Shown here: in pieces, positions 56,852 through 64,000 of the stretch
Numbering within the stretch: the stretch's first letter is position 1
Layout of the letters: each line of letters begins with the position of its first letter
Assembly: GCA_963716255.1 (NCBI GenBank)
Contig: OY970303.1
Location: 3,616,001-3,680,000 of the forward strand
DNA length: 64,000 bases
Origin: an uncultured Gemmatimonadales bacterium
GTDB lineage: Bacteria > Gemmatimonadota > Gemmatimonadetes > Longimicrobiales > Longimicrobiaceae
Reading direction: 5' to 3'
Position numbers and translations under genes: made by a program
The notes under the pieces: model-generated
The model's database searches: none
Seen by the model: only the letters and a program-made list of their open reading frames with translations
Told to the model about the DNA's origin: nothing

Positions 56852-58415
56852 CTTGTCATACCCCAAATTTATCTAGGGAGGCTGCGAGGTCAGCGCCCTG
56901 CACCATGAGTTGCAGGGCCTGCATGCCTCTCCAGAGCGTGATCCAGCCGGGCATGTGGTCGACGCGCGTGCCCTGGTGCGAGCCCATGTGTCCGCCCAGA
57001 CGTCCGAGCGCGAGCGCCACATCGCGTACAGTCTTTAACTCGCGGCGTAGTCGCAACGCCAGGAGCATGCGTTCTCGCTCGGTGAGCCCAGAGTCCTCCG
57101 CGGGAGCGAACGGATCGATCCGTACCGCCTCCTTCAGGGTGAGAATGCGCGTCGCGACCACGCTCAGCAACGCGATGGCTGCGTAGAGCCGCTCGCTCGT
57201 CTCCAACTGCAAGTGCTCCGCTCCCAGCCCGCTCTTGAGCACCTTGTGATACTCCTCCACCAGCCAGCGCGCCGAGTACTGGCGGGCACACGCGGCGGCT
57301 TCGGCGGCCGAATGCACGGGCTGATCGCAGAGGAGAATCCACTCCAGGGGCTCCTTTACACTCGCAGGCGGATCCGCCTCCCAGACGCGCACCGCCGTGC
57401 AGCGCACGCCCGGCAAGCCGCCTGGACTCTTCCCCGGTCGTTGGGGCGAGCGCAGCGTCACCTGGCAGAACGCCACGCTCAGGACCGCTTCACGGGCGGG
57501 GTGCTGCGGACGCTCCCGCAGAGAGAGGGTGAATCCTCCCGCGGCAGGCTGGGCTCTCAGCTGCGTGAATAGCCTTGCTCCGCTTCCCGAACCAGTCTGC
57601 CACTGCGCCCACTCCAGGGCGCGATCCTGCGTGGCGCGCACCAGGAAGCCGTGCCCTGACTCCTGGCACAGCGTCAGGAACTCGTAGATGTCTGCCTCCC
57701 GGTCGCACACGCGAATCCAACGTGCGCCTGCCGGAGCCTCGCCCAGCCGCAGTGTGCTGTAGCTCCAGATCTCCGACTCCCGCTGTCGTGCTTTGGCAAC
57801 CTTGGAATCCCGCTCTGCCGTGCGCTGTCTCTCCTGAGGACGGACGTAGTACTGCTGGTCTGCAAGCCCGAGCACCAGCAGCGCAGGGCGCGATTTGCCC
57901 TCGGCCACAGCTCGCTCTGGCACCCACTCGATCGCCAGCACGGAGTGAACGAAGAAGCCTTGCAGCCCCTTCTTCCCCGACCCCAGGGGGCCCATGTCCG
58001 CACGCGGCGTCTTCCCACTCCAGCTGAACGCAGACGTATCCTCCGCCAGCAGGATCGTACGGCCCGGGGGCCCCGAGGTCATCGTCTCGCGCAGTCGGCT
58101 CCGGTGCCCCTCCTGCAGCGTATCCGGGGTGACCTGCGCATGGTCGAACAGCGCATAGGCCGCCTTGACGTCGTAGCGGCGGTCGAACAGAGCCGGAAGG
58201 CTGCTGCCCGGCGAATCCAGAAGGCGGCTTGCGATGAAAGTCGCTCGGTCCACCCGACGCACATCGCCCAGCGCAGCTCCTTCGAATTGCTCTTGGGCCC
58301 AACTCCTATTCTCTGCGCTCATCGTACACCTCCTGCCAGGGAGCTTCCCAAGCTACGGGCTGCCCTGCCAAGCGCAACGGTTTCAACCACCTGTAGAGAT
58401 TTGGGGTATGACTAG
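56852..58415 (-). mobile_element. IS4-family (IS50/Tn5-like) insertion sequence, 1564 bp
   Basis: Terminal inverted repeats CTTGTCATACCCCAAATTT / CTAGTCATACCCCAAATCT (17/19); 11-bp direct target duplication CAGCAGTATCG at 56841-56851 and 58416-58426. Confidence 0.95.
56856..58322 (-). CDS. IS4 family transposase
   Basis: WAQEQFEGAALGDVRR (Tn5 DNA-binding N-terminus), EDTS, CDREADIYE, YSARWLVEEYHKVLKSG (YREK), LGRLGG...PGWITLWRG; AGGAGG RBS. Confidence 0.96.
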   Translation of the reverse strand: MSAENRSWAQEQFEGAALGDVRRVDRATFIASRLLDSPGSSLPALFDRRYDVKAAYALFDHAQVTPDTLQEGHRSRLRETMTSGPPGRTILLAEDTSAFSWSGKTPRADMGPLGSGKKGLQGFFVHSVLAIEWVPERAVAEGKSRPALLVLGLADQQYYVRPQERQRTAERDSKVAKARQRESEIWSYSTLRLGEAPAGARWIRVCDREADIYEFLTLCQESGHGFLVRATQDRALEWAQWQTGSGSGARLFTQLRAQPAAGGFTLSLRERPQHPAREAVLSVAFCQVTLRSPQRPGKSPGGLPGVRCTAVRVWEADPPASVKEPLEWILLCDQPVHSAAEAAACARQYSARWLVEEYHKVLKSGLGAEHLQLETSERLYAAIALLSVVATRILTLKEAVRIDPFAPAEDSGLTERERMLLALRLRRELKTVRDVALALGRLGGHMGSHQGTRVDHMPGWITLWRGMQALQLMVQGADLAASLDKFGV

Positions 58416-58529
58416 CAGCAGTATCGTCGGGGCTCGACTCCGTTACGCACGGTTGTTTCGTGCGTTACGGAGCCGAAGCCCGACCCCGGCGCCAGCCGGG
58501 GACACGCCCGAAACCAGCCGTCCAATCCC
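58416..58529 (+). repeat. Structured intergenic repeat, copy 3, right part
   Basis: TCGGGGCTCGACTCCGTT...TACGGAGCCGAAGCCCGACCCCGGCGCCAGCCGGGGACACGCCCGAA continues the consensus. Confidence 0.9.
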
Positions 58530-58534
58530 TTCCA

Positions 58535-59767
58535 TCAAGCCCCCGAGGCGAACTCCGCAACCCCCTGCTTGCGCAGCGCCTTCTGCACGTACATGGCGTC
58601 GTCCGCGCCGCGGATGGCCGCCTCCAGTCCCTCGGCGTCCGCGTAATCGGCGCTTCCCAGGCTGAGCAGCAGCGGCGTGGTGGCCTCCGTGCGCAGCTCG
58701 CGCGACAGCCGCCCGATGCGCTCCTCCAGCAGCGGCTGCACCTCGTCGCAGCGGGCGCCCGGCATCAGCAGCAGGAACTCGTCGCCCCCCCAGCGGAAGA
58801 GCCGGTCCACGGGGCGCGTGGCGTGGCGCAGCACCTCGGCGGCGGCGCGCAGCAGCTCGTCGCCCGCGGAGTGGCCCAGGGCGTCGTTGACGGTCTTGAG
58901 GTTGTCCAGGTCCACCATCACCACGGCGCCGAAGCTGGCGCGCGCGCCCTCCAGCGCCACCTGCTCCACGAAGGCGCGGCGGTTCAGGCAGCCGGTGAGC
59001 GCGTCGTACAGCGACACGCGGCGCAGCCGGTCGTGCGCCACCGCGAGCTCGGCGTGGGCGTCGTCCACCTCGCGCTTGGAGTCCTCCATCAGCAGCACCA
59101 CCATGCCGTACCCCAGCAGCACCTGCACCAGCAGGTCGAAGTAGGCGTTGTACTGCACCACCACCCGCAGCGGGGCCGGGAAGGAGGCCAGGCGCCCCAG
59201 GAAGCCGAAGGCGGCGAAGTACACTGCCCACTGCGTGGCCATGATCGCGAAGAAGACCCCGGTGGCGCGGCTTCCCAGCGAGCGGCGCGACGGCGGCAGG
59301 AGGAGGAAGCGGCTGCTGCTGTAGGCGAGCGCGGCCACGGCCACCGGGCACTGCCACAGGAAGGTGCGCTCGACCCCGCCCGAGAAGGTCACCGCCAGCA
59401 GGGCGTAGGCGGCGATGCCGGCCAGCCAGTACGGGGTGGTGCCGCGCAGCCGCAGCCCCGAGCAGTAGGAGGCGGTGCCGGCGGCCAGAAGCCCGAAGAA
59501 CGCCAGCTTGCCGTACAGGTACACCAGGCGCAGCACCGGCCCCGCCACGGCGCGCGCCGGCGAGTCGGGGAGGAGGAGGTACAGCGACATCAGGGCGGAG
59601 AGCGCCGCGGCCAGCGACAGCCAGCCCCGACCCCAGTACAGGAAGTAGCGGCGCCGGCTGGCGTTGTGGAAGAGAAGGAAGAAGAGCGCGATGAGGAGGA
59701 CGGCGCCGCCCAGCTGCGCGACGAGCCCGACGACGGAGATCAGCCTGCGGACTTCCTCGCTCGACAT
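58535..59767 (-). CDS. Membrane-bound diguanylate cyclase (GGDEF)
   Basis: About seven TM helices; DALTGCLNRR, DLDNLKTVNDALGH..GD, RPVD I-site, RWGGDEF. Confidence 0.94.
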   Translation of the reverse strand: MSSEEVRRLISVVGLVAQLGGAVLLIALFFLLFHNASRRRYFLYWGRGWLSLAAALSALMSLYLLLPDSPARAVAGPVLRLVYLYGKLAFFGLLAAGTASYCSGLRLRGTTPYWLAGIAAYALLAVTFSGGVERTFLWQCPVAVAALAYSSSRFLLLPPSRRSLGSRATGVFFAIMATQWAVYFAAFGFLGRLASFPAPLRVVVQYNAYFDLLVQVLLGYGMVVLLMEDSKREVDDAHAELAVAHDRLRRVSLYDALTGCLNRRAFVEQVALEGARASFGAVVMVDLDNLKTVNDALGHSAGDELLRAAAEVLRHATRPVDRLFRWGGDEFLLLMPGARCDEVQPLLEERIGRLSRELRTEATTPLLLSLGSADYADAEGLEAAIRGADDAMYVQKALRKQGVAEFASGA

Positions 59768-60170
59768 CAGAAGCGGTGCCGGTGGAGGGGGAGGATGCGC
59801 CCGGGCGGCGGCGTGCATACGGGACCGGAACCGGGCGGGAAATGTAACCTTCCGCCACCCAGGCGCCACCCCCCGACCCCCTCGCGCCACGGTGGCGCGG
59901 ATCGTCCGGAAGCAACGGGAAACCTTGTGGATGCGTACCGGGGACGTATGATGTAGAACACGGCAGCTACTCTGGACTCCGGCGGGGCGCGCTCGTGCCC
60001 GGGTGCCGGACCGCACACCTCCACGCGGCTACCTCGCTGCGTGCGCTCCGCGCACGCGGCTCGTCCTCGTCCGCCTCCGGCCGCCGGCCGGCGTCTTTCC
60101 CCCCCACCAGGAGGCTCCGCTGCACATCCGCACGTCGGCGTTCACCCCGTACCATCCCTACGGAGGAAGC

Positions 60171-63100
60171 ATGTTCAAACGAATGTGGTATCTGCTTGCG
60201 GCCGTCTCGCTGCTCGCCGGGGTCGCTCCCGCGGCGGCGCAGCAGCGGCAGGTCACGGGCGTCGTGACCGGGTCCAACCAGGCGCCGCTCGCCGGCGCCG
60301 CCGTCACTCTCACGGGGACGCGCCGCGGCGTGGTCACCGACGCGCGCGGCGCGTTCTCCATCTCGGTTCCGGACGGCGAGGCGCGGCTCACGGTGAGCCA
60401 GCTGGGCTACTCCAGCCGCCAGGTGGTCGTCCCCACCGGGCAGAGCGCGGTCAACGTCGCGCTGGAGCAGGACATCCTCAACCTGGAGGGGCTGGTGGTG
60501 ACCGGCCAGGCCACCTCGGTGCGCCGGCAGAACGCCGCCAACGCGGTCGCCGTGGTCTCCGCGCAGGAGCTGCAGCGCGCCCCGGCGCAGACCGTGGAGA
60601 AGGCGCTCCAGGGCAAGATCGCCGGCGCCAGCATCTCCACCAACTCGGGCGCTCCCGGCGGCGGCGCGCAGATCCGCATCCGCGGCGTCTCGTCGCTCAT
60701 CGGCAACTCCGAGCCGCTGTACGTGATGGACGGGGTGGTGCTCGCCAACACCTCCATTCCCGGCGGCCAGAACGTGGTCAGCGGCGCCGGCACCCGCACC
60801 GCGCTCAACTCGGTGCAGGACAACGTCGTCAACCGCGTGGCCGACATCAACCCCAACGACATCGAGAGCATCGAGGTGCTCAAGGGCGCGTCGGCGTCGG
60901 CCATCTACGGCTCCAAGGCCGCCAACGGGGTGATCATCATCACCACCAAGCGCGGTCAGGCGGGCCGGCCCCGCTACAACGTGACGCAGCGCCTGGGCTA
61001 CTCGGAGCAGGCCCGCTCGCTGGGCTCGCGCGACTGGACCCGCGACGAGGCGGTCGCGGAGTTCGGGGCGGAGGTGGCCGGGTACTTCAACGCCGACGGC
61101 TCGCCGAAGGCCACCTACGACAACGAGAGCGCGGTGTTCGGGCGCCAGGCGCCGGGCCGCGAGACCACGCTGAGCGTGAGCGGCGGCACCGAGAGCACCC
61201 GCTACTACTTCTCGGGCACGGTGCTGGACGAGCAGGGGATCGCCGCGAACACCGGGTACGAGAAGCAGGGGATCCGCGTGGCCGTGGACCAGAACATCGG
61301 CCGGCGGGGCAAGCTGAGCGCTTCGGCCAACATCCTGCACTCCATCGCGGCGCGCGGGCTCACGGGCAACGACAACAACGGCGTCAGCTACTACGCCGCG
61401 GTATCGTTCACGCCCAGCTTCTACGACCTGACGCAGCGCGAGAACGGGCTGTACCTGGACAACCCGTTCGCCGCCAGCAACCCGGTGCAGACCGCGGCGC
61501 TCTCCACCAACGACGAGAACGTGTGGCGGAACATCGCCTCGCTGAACTTCACCTACGACCTGCTGCAGGCCGAGAGCCACACGCTCAAGCTGGTGTCCAC
61601 CGGCGGGGCGGACTTCTTCCAGCAGCGCAACGAGCTGTACTACCCGCCCACGCTGCAGTTCGAGAGCGACGACAACCTGCCGGGGACGGCGCTCAACGCC
61701 AACGGGGCGAGCACCAACCTGACGGGGAACGCCAACCTGGTGTACACCTTCGCGCCCGCCTCCGGCGTGCTCACCGCCACCACCTCGGGCGGCGTGCAGT
61801 ACTCGGACGTGGACCTGAAGTTCAACACCATCGCGGGGCGCAACCTCACGGGCGACATCCGCGTGCCGGAGCTGGCCGCCGACGTCAAGGTGGACGGGTA
61901 CCGCACCCGCAACCGCGACCTGGGGATGTTCATCCAGCAGGACGTGCTCACCCTGGGCGACCGGCTGAACCTTACGGGCAGCCTGCGCGCCGACCGCAGC
62001 AGCGGCGACGCGGACGTGGACAAGTACTACTACTACCCCAAGGCGGCGGCGTCCTTCCGGTTCGGCGAGATGACGAACTGGCTGAACGACTTCAAGCTGC
62101 GCGCCGCCTACGGCTCCAGCGGCAACCAGCCGCTCTTCGGGCAGAAGTTCACCCGCCTGCAGCCGGGCGTGAACGTGGAGGGCAACCCCACGCTGACGGT
62201 GCTGGGCACCGTGGGCGCCCCCGACCTGCGCCCGGAGCGCGCCACCGAGCTCGAGGGCGGGTTCGACGCCACCCTGTTCGGCGGCAACGCGCGGCTCGAG
62301 CTCACGGGCTACCGCAAGTCGGTGACCGACTTCCTGCTGTCGCGCGGGCTGGCCTCGTCCAGCGGCTTCACCACGTACTACTTCAACGGCGGCGAGCTCA
62401 AGGCGCACGGCTTCGAGGCCATGCTGGAGGCCACCCCGGTGCGCACCGGCGACTTCGACTGGATCTCGCGCACCACCTTCGCGATGAACCGCCAGGAGAT
62501 CGTGAACCTGCCGGTGCCCCCGTTCCGCCCCGCCAACTCCAGCTTCGGCTACCTGTACGGCGGCTACAAGATCCAGAACAACCAGTCGCCCACGGCCATG
62601 ATCGGGTACAGGCCCGACTCGGCCGGCGTGCGCCGCGAGACGGTGTACGGCGACGCGGAGCCCGATTTCCAGATGGGCTTCACCAACGACTTCCGCATGG
62701 GCCGCTTCACGCTCTCCTCGCTGCTGGACTGGAGCCGCGGCGGGCTGGTGGCCAACCTCACCCGCAGCTACTACGACGACGCCCGCAACGCGCCGGACTG
62801 GTTCGCGCCGGCCGACCGCGTGGGCGCCGACGGCAAGGTGAGCCCGCGCCCGCTGGCCGAGTGCGGCCCGCAGTGCCTCACCGGGCAGGAGCGCGTGGCG
62901 CTGAACGGCCCGTACTCGGTGTACATCGAGGACGCGTCCTTCGTGAAGCTGCGCGAGGTGTCGCTCACCTACGACGTGCCGAGCACGCTGCTTTCCGCGA
63001 CCCGCATCGGCACCATCAGCGACGCGCGCGTCACCTTCAGCGCCCGCAATCCCTGGATGTGGACGGCGTACACCGGGCTGGACCCCGAGGTCAGCAACTT

Positions 63101-63188
63101 CGGCAACCGCTCGGTGGGACGGAACATCGACGTGACCCCGTTCCCGCCCAGCCGCAGCTTCTGGCTCACCGTCAACCTCGGGTTCTGA
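60171..63188 (+). CDS. SusC/RagA family TonB-dependent outer-membrane receptor
   Basis: GGAGG RBS; signal peptide; IRIRG, PLYVMDG, DINPNDIESIEVLKGASASAIYGSKAANGVIIITTKRG, EDASFVKLREV, YTGLDPE; terminal F. Confidence 0.96.
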   Translation: MFKRMWYLLAAVSLLAGVAPAAAQQRQVTGVVTGSNQAPLAGAAVTLTGTRRGVVTDARGAFSISVPDGEARLTVSQLGYSSRQVVVPTGQSAVNVALEQDILNLEGLVVTGQATSVRRQNAANAVAVVSAQELQRAPAQTVEKALQGKIAGASISTNSGAPGGGAQIRIRGVSSLIGNSEPLYVMDGVVLANTSIPGGQNVVSGAGTRTALNSVQDNVVNRVADINPNDIESIEVLKGASASAIYGSKAANGVIIITTKRGQAGRPRYNVTQRLGYSEQARSLGSRDWTRDEAVAEFGAEVAGYFNADGSPKATYDNESAVFGRQAPGRETTLSVSGGTESTRYYFSGTVLDEQGIAANTGYEKQGIRVAVDQNIGRRGKLSASANILHSIAARGLTGNDNNGVSYYAAVSFTPSFYDLTQRENGLYLDNPFAASNPVQTAALSTNDENVWRNIASLNFTYDLLQAESHTLKLVSTGGADFFQQRNELYYPPTLQFESDDNLPGTALNANGASTNLTGNANLVYTFAPASGVLTATTSGGVQYSDVDLKFNTIAGRNLTGDIRVPELAADVKVDGYRTRNRDLGMFIQQDVLTLGDRLNLTGSLRADRSSGDADVDKYYYYPKAAASFRFGEMTNWLNDFKLRAAYGSSGNQPLFGQKFTRLQPGVNVEGNPTLTVLGTVGAPDLRPERATELEGGFDATLFGGNARLELTGYRKSVTDFLLSRGLASSSGFTTYYFNGGELKAHGFEAMLEATPVRTGDFDWISRTTFAMNRQEIVNLPVPPFRPANSSFGYLYGGYKIQNNQSPTAMIGYRPDSAGVRRETVYGDAEPDFQMGFTNDFRMGRFTLSSLLDWSRGGLVANLTRSYYDDARNAPDWFAPADRVGADGKVSPRPLAECGPQCLTGQERVALNGPYSVYIEDASFVKLREVSLTYDVPSTLLSATRIGTISDARVTFSARNPWMWTAYTGLDPEVSNFGNRSVGRNIDVTPFPPSRSFWLTVNLGF

Positions 63189-63191
63189 ACC

Positions 63192-64000
63192 ATGTGGCAA
63201 TCCAAGCATGAGCCCGCCGGCCAGGGGCGCAGGCCTTCCAGGCGGGGCGCGTCCCTCCTGGCGGGGGCGCTGCTCCTGGCCGGGTGCGGCCAGGACCTCA
63301 CGGTCCCGGACTACAACTACGGGAGCCTCCAGGACCTTCAGAGCAACCCCACCAACGCCGCCGTGTCGGCCACCGTGGTGGGGCTGATCCACACCAGCCG
63401 CCAGAACATGGACCGGCTGGTGCTGCTGGGCGGCCACCCCGGACGCGAGGGGTACTACTTCGACCCCAACGAGCCGCGGTACGTGCGCCAGCTCGTCGCC
63501 GGCAACCCGGACCCTTCGGACTTCACCGGGAGCGTCTACTGGACGATCCCGTACGCCAACGTGCGCGCGGCGGAGATCGTCCTCGCGGTGCTCGACAACC
63601 CGCGGCTGACCTTCAGCGACGCCGAGCGCGAGGGGATCCGCGGCTTCGCCAAGACCACCAAGGCGTACGACCTGCTCAACCAGCTCCAGTTCCGGGAAAA
63701 GATCCCCGTGACCGTGAGCGTGGACCCCACCGAGCCGGCCCCGCTGGCGGACCGCGCGGCGGCGTACACCGAGATCGCCAAGCTGCTGGACGAGGGCAAG
63801 GCGCACCTGGACCGGGCGGGGTCCAGCTTCGCCTTTCCCATGGGGAGCGGGTACAACCAGTACGGCTTCAACACCCCCGCGGCCTACGGCCAGGTGAACC
63901 GCGCCATCAAGGCGCGGCTGGAGGCGTACCGCACCAGCGAGACGGGGCGCGGCACCGCCGGCTACCAGGCGGTGCTCACCGCGCTGGGCGGCACCTTCCT
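63192..64000 (+). CDS. RagB/SusD family lipoprotein (3'-truncated by window edge)
   Basis: MWQSKHE...LLAGALLLAGC lipobox 3 nt after SusC stop; W..PY.NVR.A, GFAKT.KA, Y.EI..LLDE, A.KAR SusD-like helices. Confidence 0.88.
   Translation, partial: MWQSKHEPAGQGRRPSRRGASLLAGALLLAGCGQDLTVPDYNYGSLQDLQSNPTNAAVSATVVGLIHTSRQNMDRLVLLGGHPGREGYYFDPNEPRYVRQLVAGNPDPSDFTGSVYWTIPYANVRAAEIVLAVLDNPRLTFSDAEREGIRGFAKTTKAYDLLNQLQFREKIPVTVSVDPTEPAPLADRAAAYTEIAKLLDEGKAHLDRAGSSFAFPMGSGYNQYGFNTPAAYGQVNRAIKARLEAYRTSETGRGTAGYQAVLTALGGTF

Noticed and set aside
1..64000. CRISPR array, tRNA or rRNA genes
   Set aside because: No regularly spaced repeat-spacer pattern or recognisable structural RNA gene seen by eye; the repeats found are dispersed

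Overview
A very GC-rich bacterial window. It probably comes from a Gemmatimonadota/Longimicrobium-like organism; this is inferred from the gene content (SusC/SusD pair, PEP-CTERM protein, many lipoproteins), not from a marker gene. The backbone carries ordinary genes: universal stress protein, SRPBCC protein, TMEM175 channel, AI-2E transporter, P-type ATPase, CocE/NonD hydrolase, DinB proteins, an extracellular nuclease, pncA/pncB, a HAD hydrolase, arsN2, a GGDEF protein and SusC/SusD. Five things stand out. (1) A compositionally distinct, translationally coupled four-gene operon (15587-24519) encodes a membrane-anchored helical protein, a large exported protein, a TPR-CHAT caspase-like protease and a 255-aa gasdermin-like protein, a candidate envelope-sensing cell-death/defence system. 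(2) A four-gene DUF11 cluster (34783-43678) has a strand architecture suggesting a donor-strand, isopeptide-crosslinked fibre anchored on an outer-membrane barrel. (3) A TPR protein faces two unannotated ~58-aa lipoprotein-like peptide genes ending in GSGN / (frameshifted) GSGK, a candidate peptide-signalling pair. (4) A ~150-bp intergenic repeat occurs in three copies with clear stem covariation, and one copy is split by an intact IS4/IS50-type element with an 11-bp target duplication. (5) Small lower-GC islands encode PD-(D/E)XK-like proteins. I saw no rRNA, tRNA or CRISPR array. All family calls come from motif recognition by eye; no searches were run.
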